From an uncultured Mycoplasmatota bacterium (GTDB lineage: Bacteria; Bacillota_I; Bacilli_A; RF39; UBA660): DNA of 64,000 nt. Of this stretch, positions 28,186 through 38,491 are shown in pieces; within the stretch, counting starts at the first letter, position 1, and every line of letters begins with the position of its first letter. The notes beneath the pieces were generated by a model that was not told the origin of the DNA, searched no databases, and saw nothing but the letters and a program-made list of their open reading frames with translations. The DNA is taken from NCBI GenBank assembly GCA_900551525.1, contig URWD01000001.1:5164-69163 (forward strand), written 5' to 3'. The position numbers were made by a program, and so were the translations under genes.

Positions 28186-28768
28186 AATAATAATGATAAT
28201 ACTATCTGCAGTGATGGCAATAGTTGCAGTTATTGGAGTACGTTTAAAAAATAATGAAAATGAAATAAGTGAAGATGTGCTAAGTGGTAAAACTTTAGTT
28301 GTTTATTTTTCAGCTCAAAATCATACTAAAAATTTAGCAGAGAGAATAGCAAAAAAACTTGATGCCGATATGTTTGAAATAGTGCCCCAAGAAAAATATA
28401 CAGATGAAGACTTAGATTATAATGATAAAAATTCAAGGGTTTCTAAAGAGCATGATGATGAAGCAAAAAGACATATTTTACTTGAAAAAGTGGTTCCAGA
28501 TAACTTTGATAGTTATGAAAATGTTATTATAGCTTATCCAATTTGGTGGGGAATAGCGGCCTATCCAGTATCAAGTTTTGTAATGGGTAATACTTTTGAT
28601 AATAAAAATATTTATCCTGTATGTACTTCAGCATCTAGTGGTTTAGGTGATAGTGCTAAAAATTTAAAATCTATATCAAGCGGAGGAACATGGCATGAAG
28701 GATATCGTTTTTCTGAGAATGCCACAAGTAGTGATATAGATATTTGGCTAAAAACAATTAGTAAATGA
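28169..28768 (+). CDS. Membrane-anchored flavodoxin-like protein
   Basis: N-terminal TM, then KTLVVYFSAQNHTKNLAERIA..IIAYPIWWG, a flavodoxin_4-like signature. Confidence 0.6.
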   Translation: MNTRNRIIMIILSAVMAIVAVIGVRLKNNENEISEDVLSGKTLVVYFSAQNHTKNLAERIAKKLDADMFEIVPQEKYTDEDLDYNDKNSRVSKEHDDEAKRHILLEKVVPDNFDSYENVIIAYPIWWGIAAYPVSSFVMGNTFDNKNIYPVCTSASSGLGDSAKNLKSISSGGTWHEGYRFSENATSSDIDIWLKTISK

Positions 28769-28833
28769 AAAACTAATTGTTTTTTTGAAACTTTTTTAGA
28801 AAATTATGACACTTTATATGCGAGGTGATAAAA

Positions 28834-29322
28834 ATGACTAGTCAAAAAGCCTTAGAAAAGTTTGATGAAGTTTATAATGAAAGTTATAGGGATATTTCTA
28901 GATATGTAGTAGTAAGTAGTAATAATATTGGCGATGTTCAAGATATACTTCAAAATATTTATCTTGAAGTATATAAAAATATTGGTAAAGTTAAAGATAA
29001 AAACTATGTATTTGGGATAGCAAAAAATGTTATGAAAAAATATTATAGGTTTAAATTTATGAAAAAAAGCGATGAAGTACTTTATGATAATATTAGCGAT
29101 AACATTAATTTGGAAAAAAGTGTAATGGAAAAGTTTGATACAGAATTAGTTTGGAATTATTTAAAAAAGAAAGGCGGAAATGTATCTAAAATAATGTATC
29201 TTTATTATTATGAAGATTTTACTATCAAACAAATAGCTGATACTTTAAATTTAACTGAGTCAAATGTTAAAAATTATATTTATAGAACTTTAAAAGAGTT
29301 AAGGAGGATAAGTAATGACTAA
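28834..29322 (+). CDS. Sigma-70 family (ECF-like) RNA polymerase sigma factor
   Basis: The region-2-like N-terminus and region-4 HTH FTIKQIADTLNLTESNVKNYIYRTLKELR. RBS gaggtga precedes ATG 28834. Confidence 0.75.
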   Translation: MTSQKALEKFDEVYNESYRDISRYVVVSSNNIGDVQDILQNIYLEVYKNIGKVKDKNYVFGIAKNVMKKYYRFKFMKKSDEVLYDNISDNINLEKSVMEKFDTELVWNYLKKKGGNVSKIMYLYYYEDFTIKQIADTLNLTESNVKNYIYRTLKELRRISND

Positions 29323-30010
29323 AAAAGTTTTAAAAGATATTTTTGATGAAAAAATAAATAAAGAAGATGTTTATAGGTATGTAACAAATAAGAAAAAAAA
29401 TAATTATTATGGTGTGCTTAAATATTCAGTTTTAATTATTATATGCATTGGAATAGTGTTATTTAAATTTAAAACCAATGTTTTTAAAGAAAATAATACT
29501 TATGATGATAATATTTATATTAATGAAGTAAAGACATTTGGAAATAATGATATTGATGTAACAATAATGAATATTAATGAGTCTACGAATATTTATTTTA
29601 GTGATGATTTAGAAGAGGCTTATCCATTTTTAAAAAGAAGTAAAAGTCTTTATGAAAATGACGATGAAATATTAAAAAATTATGAAACTGATATTTATTT
29701 TGTTATTACTGAAAATGAGGATGAAAATCCATTTAGTAAAATTCATAATCTTATTTATGCTTATAAAAATAAGGATGAAAAAGGAAAAATTACAGTATCT
29801 TTTGATAAAGATAAAAAACCACTTCGTGATTATTTCTTTGAAACTAAAAGTAGTAAACAATCAAGTATTAAAAATAAGAAAGTAACTATTTATAAATATG
29901 AAAATACATATTTTACTGAGTTTCATGATAATGGTATATATTATGATATTGAAAGTACTAATGTAAGTTTTGAAGATTTTAAATATATTTTAGATATAGT
30001 AATTGAATAA
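29315..30010 (+). CDS. Putative anti-sigma factor or membrane protein (single TM), coupled to the sigma factor
   Basis: Overlaps the sigma gene stop. One TM at about aa 25-47 and an extracytoplasmic C-terminal domain. Assignment is by context only. Confidence 0.45.
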   Translation: MTKKVLKDIFDEKINKEDVYRYVTNKKKNNYYGVLKYSVLIIICIGIVLFKFKTNVFKENNTYDDNIYINEVKTFGNNDIDVTIMNINESTNIYFSDDLEEAYPFLKRSKSLYENDDEILKNYETDIYFVITENEDENPFSKIHNLIYAYKNKDEKGKITVSFDKDKKPLRDYFFETKSSKQSSIKNKKVTIYKYENTYFTEFHDNGIYYDIESTNVSFEDFKYILDIVIE

Positions 30011-30082
30011 TTTACAAATTTCACATAATTACCATAGAAAAATACTTAAAAATGTTATATAATATTCTTGTGTGGTGATAAT

Positions 30083-31048
30083 ATGTTCCAAAGTGAATTA
30101 AATTATAAAGAATATTTAAATAAACTAAAGAAAAATGAACTTATAAATATAATAAATGATTATAATAAATTATGTGATATATACGGTTATAAAAAAATAG
30201 AAGATACAAAAAGTAAAAAAGATGTACTTATAGATTTAATTGATAATGTTAAAGAAAATTATGCTAAAGGAATAATAATGTCTTTAGATAAAAGGGATTA
30301 TTTAGCATTAAAAGAAATGGTTAAAAAAAGCTCTATGGAAAGTTTAAATAATAATAGATCTTTAATAAACTTTTTAAAAAGCAAGTATATTTTATTATTA
30401 AATGATACTTTAGAAATACCAAAGAATATAAAATTAAATGAAATACTTAAAGATAAAGTAGTTCAAAAACATATTGGTTATTGGACTAATGTTTATGATT
30501 TTGTAGATGGCATTATTATTGCTTATGGAGTAGTAGATATTTCTTACTTTAATGAATTAATTAATGATGTAAAAGAAAAAGATAATATATTTAAAATGAT
30601 TAATTTTTATTATAAAAAAGATTATGTTGTAACAGAAGATAGACTTATAAGTAATAAACTTAGCAATAAGAAAAGAATTGACAAATATTTTAAAGACAAA
30701 AATTATAAAAAGTTTACAACCAAAGAATATATTGCTTTAGGTAGAAGTTTGTATCATCATAATATTAAATCTTATAAGAAATTTATTAAAATGCTTAAAA
30801 ATTATTATGTATTTAAGAAAAATGATATAGAGTTTGTAGATGTTAATATTGTCATTCCTTATTTATATAATAAAATAAATGAAGAAGATATAGCTAAAAA
30901 TACTTTAGAAGAAACAGTTGTCAGATTATTTGAATTTAAAGGAGATAAACTTAAGGAAAAGATGCTTACTGAAATAATTAAAATAAGAAATGAATTTCCT
31001 TTATGGGAACTTCGTGGATTTAGTAAAGCAGAAGGGAACGAGAAATGA
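30083..31048 (+). CDS. Hypothetical K/N-rich protein
   Basis: ORF. ggtga precedes ATG 30083. No motif. Confidence 0.45.
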   Translation: MFQSELNYKEYLNKLKKNELINIINDYNKLCDIYGYKKIEDTKSKKDVLIDLIDNVKENYAKGIIMSLDKRDYLALKEMVKKSSMESLNNNRSLINFLKSKYILLLNDTLEIPKNIKLNEILKDKVVQKHIGYWTNVYDFVDGIIIAYGVVDISYFNELINDVKEKDNIFKMINFYYKKDYVVTEDRLISNKLSNKKRIDKYFKDKNYKKFTTKEYIALGRSLYHHNIKSYKKFIKMLKNYYVFKKNDIEFVDVNIVIPYLYNKINEEDIAKNTLEETVVRLFEFKGDKLKEKMLTEIIKIRNEFPLWELRGFSKAEGNEK

Positions 31049-31410
31049 AAAAGAATGGATATACAGTAATTGAATTAGTTGTGGTTTTAGCAGTATTTAG
31101 TGTAGGTTATTTTGCTGCTACATGGATTATTTCCGGTAAAGTTAATGTTAATTTTGAAGAAGAACTATATGAAGAAAAAATATCTGCAATTGAAAAACAA
31201 GCAAGCATTTATGCTATGACTGATGAAAGTTTATTTGAAAAAGATAAGGTTGCTTATCTAACTGTTGGTGATTTAGTTGAAAAAAATGCTATTATATCTA
31301 ATGAAAATGGAAAAGTTAATGATCCTAGAAATGAAGAAAAAGATTTAAATGATATTAAAATTAAATTAACTAAAGATAATGATAAAGTGACTGCGGTTGT
31401 GTTAAATTAA
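31045..31410 (+). CDS. Prepilin-type N-terminal domain protein (pseudopilin-like)
   Basis: KKNG|YTVIELVVVLAVFSVG class-III-like signal with Glu at +5. LTVGDL is shared with the pilin-like protein at 12938. Confidence 0.55.
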   Translation: MKKNGYTVIELVVVLAVFSVGYFAATWIISGKVNVNFEEELYEEKISAIEKQASIYAMTDESLFEKDKVAYLTVGDLVEKNAIISNENGKVNDPRNEEKDLNDIKIKLTKDNDKVTAVVLN

Positions 31411-31504
31411 TTAGAAGTGTAAAATTTGTGTCAAATTTTGTCGATTTGCTTGATTAATATTAATAATGTGAGTATCATATTAATGAAAAGGGAGAGTGAA
31501 TGTT

Positions 31505-31714
31505 ATGTTATATCCATCAATAGATAAACTATTAAACATCGTAGATTCTAAGTACAAATTAGTTCATGTAGCTTCAAAAAGAAGTAAGCAAATGCTTGAA
31601 AATAATCACTATCAAATGAAGGAAGCTGATTATAAAAATAAGAAACCTTTAGGTAGAGCACTTGAAGAAGTTGAAGCTGGATTAATAAAAATTGTAGAAG
31701 ATGTGCAAAAATAG
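31505..31714 (+). CDS. rpoZ: DNA-directed RNA polymerase subunit omega
   Basis: MLYPSIDKLLNIVDSKYKLVHVASKRSKQM matches the RpoZ N-terminus. RBS gggagag lies 10 nt upstream of ATG 31505. Confidence 0.85.
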   Translation: MLYPSIDKLLNIVDSKYKLVHVASKRSKQMLENNHYQMKEADYKNKKPLGRALEEVEAGLIKIVEDVQK

Positions 31715-31756
31715 CTTGATTATTTTATCGATATATGATAAAATAATTTTGTTCCT

Positions 31757-31833
31757 GGGGAATTAGCTCAGTTGGCTAGAGCACCACGCTTGCACCGTGG
31801 GGGTCGCGGGTTCGAGTCCCACATTCTCCACCA
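31757..31833 (+). tRNA. tRNA-Ala (anticodon UGC)
   Basis: Cloverleaf with a 7-bp acceptor stem that includes the G3:U70 Ala identity pair, anticodon loop cTTGCAc, T-loop GGTTCGAGTCC, and an encoded CCA. Confidence 0.9.
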
Positions 31834-31844
31834 GAAGAAAATTA

Positions 31845-31869
31845 AACCTCGTTTTTACGAGGTTTTTGT
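31845..31869 (+). terminator. Terminator after tRNA-Ala
   Basis: aacctcg-ttttta-cgaggtt followed by TTT. Confidence 0.7.
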
Positions 31870-31927
31870 ATGTAAAAAATAATGACTTTTAGCTATTTTT
31901 CTGGTAAAATAATAACAGGTGTTGGAA

Positions 31928-33721
31928 ATGAAAAACGAAAATATTAGAAATTTTTCAATTATTGCTCATATAGATCATGGTAAGAGTACTTTAGCAGATA
32001 GACTTTTGGAACTTACTGGTGCAGTTTCTAAAAGAGAAATGAAAGAGCAAATTCTTGATAATATGGATTTGGAAAGAGAAAGAGGTATAACAATTAAGCT
32101 TAATGCTGTGAAGTTAAATTATCATTATAAAAATGAAGATTATGTTATAAACTTAATTGATACTCCAGGTCATGTTGACTTTTCTTATGAAGTTTCAAGA
32201 AGTTTAGCAGCTTGTGAAGGCGCTATTTTAGTTGTTGATGCTGCTCAAGGTATTGAAGCTCAAACACTAGCTAATTTATACCTTGCTATGGAACAAGATT
32301 TAACTATTATTCCTGTTATAAATAAAATAGATTTACCAAATGCTGATATTCCAAGAGTAAAAAAAGAACTTGTGGAAGTTTTAGGTTTTAACGAAGAAGA
32401 TATTATTTTGTGTAGTGCTAAAACAGGTGAAGGTGTTGAAGAAATACTTCATGCTGTTGTTGAAAAGGTGCCTGGACCTAATATTGATATAAATAAACCT
32501 ACGCGAGCTTTAATATTTGACTCATATTTTGATCCTTATCGTGGGGTTGTTTTACTAGTTAAACTTGTTGATGGAAAAATAAATGTTGGTGATACCATAA
32601 AAATGATGGCTAGTAAAAGTACTTTTGAAGTTGTAGAACTTGGAGTTCATACACCAAAAGAGGAAAAATATAATGAACTTAAAAGTGGTGAAGTTGGATA
32701 TATAGCAGCATCAATTAAAGATATAAGTACAGTATCTGTTGGTGATACAATTACAGTTGTGGGCCGTGAAGCAAATGAAGCAATCAAAGGCTACAAGAAG
32801 ATGAAGCCAATGGTATTTTCAGGCATATTTCCAACTGAACCAAACAGATACGAAGAATTAAAAGAAGCACTTATTAAACTCAAATTAAATGATGCGGCAT
32901 TAACGTTTGAACCTGAAACAAGTGAAGCTTTAGGTTTTGGTTTTAGAATTGGTTTTTTAGGATTACTTCATATGGATGTAATAATAACTCGTATTGAGAG
33001 AGAATTTAATATTGGTATTATTGCTACTAGTCCAAGTGTTGTTTATGAGGTTACCCTTACTGATGGAAGTAAAGTAGATGTTGATGCTCCATCAAAAATG
33101 CCAGAAAAAACAAAAATTAGTTATATTGAAGAACCTTATATTTATACAAATATAATTGCTCCATCTGAATATATTGGGGCAATTATGGAACTTTGTCAAA
33201 ATAAGCGTGGTATATATAAGTCAGTTGATTATATTGATGCAACAAGAATTGATGTTCACTATGAAATACCGCTATCAGAAATCGTTTATGATTTTTATGA
33301 TAGATTAAAAAGCACAACAAAGGGATATGCTTCATTTGATTATGAATTATGTGGATATAAAGAAAGTAGTTTAGTTAAAATGGATATTTTGCTTAATGGT
33401 GAAATTGTAGATGCCTTAAGTGTAATTATTCATAAAGATTTTGCTTACTCTAAGGGAAGAGCAATTGTTAAGAAGTTACGTGAACTTATTCCAAGACAAA
33501 TGTTTCAAATACCAATTCAAGCAAGTATTGGTTCTAAAGTTATTGCTAGAGAAAATATTAGTGCTTTAAAAAAGAATGTTTTAGCTAAATGTTATGGCGG
33601 AGACGTTTCTCGAAAAAGAAAACTACTTGAAAAGCAAAAGGAAGGAAAGAAAAGAATGAAGATGGTTGGTACTGTTGAAGTTCCTCAAGAAGCATTCTTA
33701 GCAGTTTTAGGTGATGAATAA
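31928..33721 (+). CDS. lepA: Translation elongation factor 4
   Basis: G-domain [23 protein letters not shown], then the LepA-specific C-terminal domain. About 598 aa. Confidence 0.93.
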   Translation: MKNENIRNFSIIAHIDHGKSTLADRLLELTGAVSKREMKEQILDNMDLERERGITIKLNAVKLNYHYKNEDYVINLIDTPGHVDFSYEVSRSLAACEGAILVVDAAQGIEAQTLANLYLAMEQDLTIIPVINKIDLPNADIPRVKKELVEVLGFNEEDIILCSAKTGEGVEEILHAVVEKVPGPNIDINKPTRALIFDSYFDPYRGVVLLVKLVDGKINVGDTIKMMASKSTFEVVELGVHTPKEEKYNELKSGEVGYIAASIKDISTVSVGDTITVVGREANEAIKGYKKMKPMVFSGIFPTEPNRYEELKEALIKLKLNDAALTFEPETSEALGFGFRIGFLGLLHMDVIITRIEREFNIGIIATSPSVVYEVTLTDGSKVDVDAPSKMPEKTKISYIEEPYIYTNIIAPSEYIGAIMELCQNKRGIYKSVDYIDATRIDVHYEIPLSEIVYDFYDRLKSTTKGYASFDYELCGYKESSLVKMDILLNGEIVDALSVIIHKDFAYSKGRAIVKKLRELIPRQMFQIPIQASIGSKVIARENISALKKNVLAKCYGGDVSRKRKLLEKQKEGKKRMKMVGTVEVPQEAFLAVLGDE

Positions 33722-34209
33722 TGAGTGAAGAAGAAAAGAAAATGTTTTTATTAAAGCAAGCTGATATGTATTTAAGTGGTATGTCATATAGACAAATTGC
33801 TAAAGTTGTTGGTCAATCTTATGTTACAGTTCGTGATAATCTTACAGTAAAAATTAGATATATTGCTCCAAATAAATACATGGAAGTTATGGAAAAAATT
33901 GAAGAAAATAAAGAAAAGTCAATTGAGGATGCATCAGTTAGAGAACGTGTTTTAGAAGCTTATAGACTTTTGACAACAGAAAATAAAACTGTTATAGAAA
34001 TTGCTGATATTTTGGGCACTACTGAGTTTACAATTTATAGAGATTTAACTAATAGATTAAATGAACTTAATAATATAGTTCCGGAAATTGTTACAGAAGA
34101 AATGTTAAGAAAAGTAGGAATATTATTTAAAGAACATAGTCATCATGGATATTTTGACTTTGAAAGTTTATTTGATGAACAAGCAAATGCTGAACAAAGA
34201 GGGCTATAA
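33721..34209 (+). CDS. Hypothetical DNA-binding protein with two sigma-region-4/HTH-like segments
   Basis: SYRQIAKVVGQSYVTVRDNL and TVIEIADILGTTEFTIYRDL HTH-like segments. Inserted between lepA and hemW. Confidence 0.45.
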   Translation: MSEEEKKMFLLKQADMYLSGMSYRQIAKVVGQSYVTVRDNLTVKIRYIAPNKYMEVMEKIEENKEKSIEDASVRERVLEAYRLLTTENKTVIEIADILGTTEFTIYRDLTNRLNELNNIVPEIVTEEMLRKVGILFKEHSHHGYFDFESLFDEQANAEQRGL

Positions 34210-35288
34210 TGGCATCTTCAGTTTATATTCATATTCCATTTTGTAAGAAAATATGTTCTTATTGTGATTTTTGTAAATTTATTTATAATGAGAAATGGGT
34301 TTATGCTTATTTAAAAACTTTGAAAGCTGAAATTAAAGATAGATATATGGGGGATGAAATAAAAACTATATATATTGGTGGAGGAACTCCAAGTAGTCTT
34401 GCTTTTCATGAAATTAAAAGTTTACTTGAGATGACTAAAGTTTTTAATATAAGAAATTTATTAGAATTTACTTTTGAATGTAATCTTGAAGATATTAATG
34501 AACAACTTTTATTACTTTTAAAAAGCTATGGTGTAAATAGACTTAGTATAGGCATTGAATCATTTGATGAGAATAAACTTAAATTTATGGAAAGAAAAGC
34601 AGATTTTAAAGATGCTGAAGCAAAAATTAAATTATGTAGAAAGCTCGGGTTTAATAATATTAATTTGGATTTAATGTATGCAATACCTGGTGAAACTCTA
34701 AAAGCGTTAAAAAAAGATTTAAATATGTTTTTAAAACTAGAGCCTGAACATATAAGTACGTATAGTTTAATTTTAGAAGAACACACTAAAGCTTATGTTA
34801 ATAAAATTACTGTTATGGAAGAAGAACTTGATTATGAAATGTATAAATATATTGAAAATAAATTAAGTGGGTCTCATCACTATGAAGTTAGTAATTTTGC
34901 TAAAAAAGGTTTTGAAAGTATTCATAACTTAGTATATTGGAATAATGAAGAATATTACGGATTTGGGTTGGGAGCTTCTGGTTATTTAGATAAAATAAGA
35001 TATACGAATACGAAGACTCTAAAAAATTATTTACTCGGAAATTACGTCGAAGACAGAGAAATTATTGGTGAAAAAGAAAATATGGATTATGAAATAATGC
35101 TAGGTTTAAGAAAAATAGATGGAATAAATTTAACAGATTTTAAAAATAAGTTTGGTAAAAAACTTGAAGAAGTTTATAATGTGAAACCACTATTAAAAAG
35201 TAAAGAATTAATAAAGAAAAAAGATTATATTTTTATTAATCCAATTTATATTTATGTAATGAATGAAATACTTTTGAAAATAATTTGA
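34209..35288 (+). CDS. hemW: Radical SAM heme chaperone HemW (HemN-like, oxygen-independent coproporphyrinogen oxidase family)
   Basis: CxxxCxxC radical-SAM cluster motif in IHIPFCKKICSYCDFC. Conserved lepA-hemW synteny. Confidence 0.85.
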   Translation: MASSVYIHIPFCKKICSYCDFCKFIYNEKWVYAYLKTLKAEIKDRYMGDEIKTIYIGGGTPSSLAFHEIKSLLEMTKVFNIRNLLEFTFECNLEDINEQLLLLLKSYGVNRLSIGIESFDENKLKFMERKADFKDAEAKIKLCRKLGFNNINLDLMYAIPGETLKALKKDLNMFLKLEPEHISTYSLILEEHTKAYVNKITVMEEELDYEMYKYIENKLSGSHHYEVSNFAKKGFESIHNLVYWNNEEYYGFGLGASGYLDKIRYTNTKTLKNYLLGNYVEDREIIGEKENMDYEIMLGLRKIDGINLTDFKNKFGKKLEEVYNVKPLLKSKELIKKKDYIFINPIYIYVMNEILLKII

Positions 35289-35294
35289 TATTTT

Positions 35295-35720
35295 TTGAGC
35301 ACACTATCTATGGGAAGTGATAGTGTGCTTTTAGATTTGAAAATATTAAATGGAAATATGTTTTTAAAGTTTGATAAGTATGTAAATAATTATACAGTTA
35401 ATGTCGCAAGTGATGTAGATACATTAGAAATAGAATATAAAATTAGGGATACTGATGAAATTAAAATTGTAAATAATGAGATTTTAAATTATGGACTTAA
35501 TTATGTCTTTTTGGAAGTAACAAGTGAAGAAGAAAAAAATGTTTATACCTTAGAGGTTTATAAAGAAAAGATAGAAAATGTTATGAAATATGAAGATGTT
35601 TTAGTAGCTAAAAGTGATAAAGAAGCAAATGAGAATATGCCTTATATAATATCATTTGTATGCTTGGTAGTAATTTTGTTTTTCTTTGTTGTCATATTTC
35701 ATCGAAAAAAGTCGAAATAG
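35295..35720 (+). CDS. Hypothetical protein with a C-terminal TM anchor (start uncertain: TTG 35295 / ATG 35310)
   Basis: ORF. The start region lies inside a perfect 11-bp inverted repeat (35298-35331). Confidence 0.4.
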   Translation: MSTLSMGSDSVLLDLKILNGNMFLKFDKYVNNYTVNVASDVDTLEIEYKIRDTDEIKIVNNEILNYGLNYVFLEVTSEEEKNVYTLEVYKEKIENVMKYEDVLVAKSDKEANENMPYIISFVCLVVILFFFVVIFHRKKSK

Positions 35721-35792
35721 AATAAACTTTACATTTGTTTACATAATGTATATATTTAAAAAATAAAAATATTTTTATAATTATTATTAGAT

Positions 35793-35828
35793 ATTTCTGT
35801 GCAAATTTTAGCCACAGAAATTTTTTTG
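35793..35828 (+). terminator. Hairpin terminator (9-bp stem) upstream of the bacteriocin transporter gene
   Basis: atttctgtg-caaattttagc-cacagaaat followed by T7. Confidence 0.6.
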
Positions 35829-35901
35829 CAAAAAAGTTTAAAAAATAAGGGGGAAAAATTGGTCCATTTAGGAAATATATAAAGTGAAGGGAGAAATTAG
35901 A

Positions 35902-37938
35902 ATGAAGATTGTTAGACAACAAGATGAAAAAGATTGTGGAGTTTGCTCTTTATTATCTATAATTAGATATTATAAAGGTAATGTTCCTCTTGAACAATTA
36001 AGGTTAGATGCTAGAACTAGTAATGAGGGGACTACTGCTCTTAATTTAGTTCTTGCAAGTCAAAAATATGGATTTGATGCTGTTGGAATGAAAGTAGAAA
36101 ATTTAAATGATATTAAAAGATTACCTGCCATTGCTCATTTGAATTTGAAAAAAGGATATAGTCATTATGTAGTTATTGAGAAAGTCACTAAAGACAAAAT
36201 TATATTAATGGATCCGGCGAAAGGTAAGGTGGTAAAGTTTCTTTGGGAGTTTCAAAAAGAATGGAGTGGTGTGGTTTTAATTTTTTATCCTAAGCAAAAA
36301 ATAATGGTTTTAAAAAATGATGTAACATTATTTACAATATTTAAAAAAGTTTTTATTTCTGAAAAGAACTTGATTAAAATTATTGTTTTAGTTAGTTTTC
36401 TTTTAACAATTTTTACAATAGCTTTAGGTTATTACTTTCAAATGTTTAATTCTCTCTATTTAAATAAGTATCCAATAAACTATTTGAAAGTATTGGTTCT
36501 TGTTTTTGCAATATTTACTTGCTTTAAGCTTTTTCTTACTTATTATCGTAGTTATTTAGAAAATCATTTAAATAAAAATATTGATTGTTTGATTACATCT
36601 GATTTTCTAAAACATTTATTTAATCTCCCTTTAAATGTTATTACTTCTAGAAAATCTGGAGAAATACTTTCAAGAGTAAATGAACTTACAAGTATTAAAG
36701 GTTTAATTACGGAGATCTTTATTACTTATACTTTAGATTTTTTAATAGTAGTAATAACAACATTTCTATTAATAAGAATAAGTAGTAAATTATTTTTAAT
36801 ACTTTTTCTAACAACTATTTTTTACTTATTTGTAGGAATTATAACTAAAAAAAGTATTTTTGAAAAAGCATATCAGAATATATCAATTGAATCAGAATTT
36901 AATAATACTGTTTTAGAAAATATCAAAATGATTAATAGTATTAAAAATTTGGATGCTGTTGATGGCACTTTAAATAAGATAGAAAGAAAATTAACTCACT
37001 ATTTATATGACACTTATAAAGTTAATACTATTTTAAATAAAATAAATATATTTAAAGTATCTTGCTATGAAATAGGCTTTTTTCTCATAAATACTTTTGG
37101 GTTTTACTTTGTTTATAAAGGTATTATCAATATGATTGATTTGATTACTTTTAATGCTTTACTTAATCTTTATTTTGAACCATTAAAAAATATTGTGGAT
37201 TCCATACCTAAATATAGTTTTATGAAGGCTAGTATTACTAAAATTAATGACTTTTTAGGTGTTCGTGCGGAAATATTAGGTGAAAAAACTTCAACTGATG
37301 GTTATGATATATCAATAAATAATTTAAATTATTCTTATAATAAATATCAAAATGTTTTAAAAAGTGTAAACTTAAATATTAAAGAAGGCGAGTTTGTTCT
37401 TTTACAAGGCGCATCTGGTTCAGGTAAATCAACCTTATGTAGTATTTTAAATAAATATATAACGGATTATACCGGGGATATATTATTTGGAAAAATGAAT
37501 TATAAAGATTTGAGTATAAAAACTATTCGAGAAAATATTGTATACGTTGGTCAAAATGAAAATATATTTACTGGTTCTATTAAAGAAAATATTACTTTTG
37601 GTAATAAAGTATCTGATTTAAACTTTGATAAAATTTGCAAAATTTGTAAAGTTGATGATGTTGCAAATAAAAAAACTTTTAGATATGAAAGTTTAATTGG
37701 AAGTGATGAAGGTAATATTTCGGGAGGAGAAAAACAAAGAATTATTTTAGCTAGAGCTGTGCTAAAAGATTTTAATGTTTTGATTCTTGATGAGGCTTTA
37801 AGTGAAGTTGATATAAAGTTAGAATTGGAAATTTTGAAGAATATTCGAGATAATTACAAAGATAAAACAATAATTTATATTTCACATAAAAAATATCCAA
37901 ATGTATTTGATAAGGTTATTAGTATGGAGGCTGTATGA
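35902..37938 (+). CDS. Peptidase C39-domain bacteriocin-processing ABC transporter (ATP-binding/permease)
   Basis: N-terminal C39 Cys protease (QQDEKDCGVCSLLSII). Six-TM ABC exporter domain. Walker A GASGSGKST, signature ISGGEKQRI, Walker B ILDEALS. RBS gggag precedes ATG 35902. Confidence 0.9.
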   Translation: MKIVRQQDEKDCGVCSLLSIIRYYKGNVPLEQLRLDARTSNEGTTALNLVLASQKYGFDAVGMKVENLNDIKRLPAIAHLNLKKGYSHYVVIEKVTKDKIILMDPAKGKVVKFLWEFQKEWSGVVLIFYPKQKIMVLKNDVTLFTIFKKVFISEKNLIKIIVLVSFLLTIFTIALGYYFQMFNSLYLNKYPINYLKVLVLVFAIFTCFKLFLTYYRSYLENHLNKNIDCLITSDFLKHLFNLPLNVITSRKSGEILSRVNELTSIKGLITEIFITYTLDFLIVVITTFLLIRISSKLFLILFLTTIFYLFVGIITKKSIFEKAYQNISIESEFNNTVLENIKMINSIKNLDAVDGTLNKIERKLTHYLYDTYKVNTILNKINIFKVSCYEIGFFLINTFGFYFVYKGIINMIDLITFNALLNLYFEPLKNIVDSIPKYSFMKASITKINDFLGVRAEILGEKTSTDGYDISINNLNYSYNKYQNVLKSVNLNIKEGEFVLLQGASGSGKSTLCSILNKYITDYTGDILFGKMNYKDLSIKTIRENIVYVGQNENIFTGSIKENITFGNKVSDLNFDKICKICKVDDVANKKTFRYESLIGSDEGNISGGEKQRIILARAVLKDFNVLILDEALSEVDIKLELEILKNIRDNYKDKTIIYISHKKYPNVFDKVISMEAV

Positions 37939-38336
37939 ACTATTTAGATTTAATTAATATAAAATATTCATGTAAGAAAGGATTATTTGTTTTAATTGTA
38001 ATTTTTATGACTCTTTTAGTATATGTTTTAAATTTAAACATGTATGAAAGTTTTAATACCTATGGTTATGTACAAGATGAATTATTAAATATTAAAATAT
38101 CTATACAAACCCCTGATATGTTAACTAATCTAAAGTATATAAAAATAGGAAGTAATAATTATAAAGTGGAAATTAAAGAGATAAGTGATATGTTACTTGA
38201 TGAAGAAAATTTTATTAATTATCAAATAGTTAAAATGAAAATAGATGAAAGATTAAATAATAACCAAGTATTTGAAATATGTATTTTTTATAATGAAGAA
38301 AAAGTATATAAAAAAATTTTAAAATTGTTATTTTAG
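37935..38336 (+). CDS. Hypothetical membrane-anchored protein (133 aa), possible bacteriocin accessory or immunity protein
   Basis: Translationally coupled to the transporter. N-terminal TM. Role assigned by context only. Confidence 0.45.
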   Translation: MNYLDLINIKYSCKKGLFVLIVIFMTLLVYVLNLNMYESFNTYGYVQDELLNIKISIQTPDMLTNLKYIKIGSNNYKVEIKEISDMLLDEENFINYQIVKMKIDERLNNNQVFEICIFYNEEKVYKKILKLLF

Positions 38337-38345
38337 GAGGTAAAT

Positions 38346-38480
38346 ATGGAGATTTTAAGTAATGAAAAAATGAATAGTATTAATGGTGGAGGAAGGTCAA
38401 TTTGGTTTATAATTGGCGGTATTGGAACCTTTTTATTAGGGTTCTTAAACGGATTTGTAAATCCTAAAAAATGTAACTAA
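38346..38480 (+). CDS. Double-glycine-leader bacteriocin precursor peptide (44 aa): leader MEILSNEKMNSINGG | mature GRSIWFIIGGIGTFLLGFLNGFVNPKKCN
   Basis: RBS aggagg 5 nt upstream. The leader fits LS..E(K)..I.GG. The mature peptide is small, cationic and hydrophobic, with GxxxG (GFLNG). Not in the ORF track because it is under 60 aa. Confidence 0.65.
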   Translation: MEILSNEKMNSINGGGRSIWFIIGGIGTFLLGFLNGFVNPKKCN

Positions 38481-38491
38481 GGAGGAAAATT

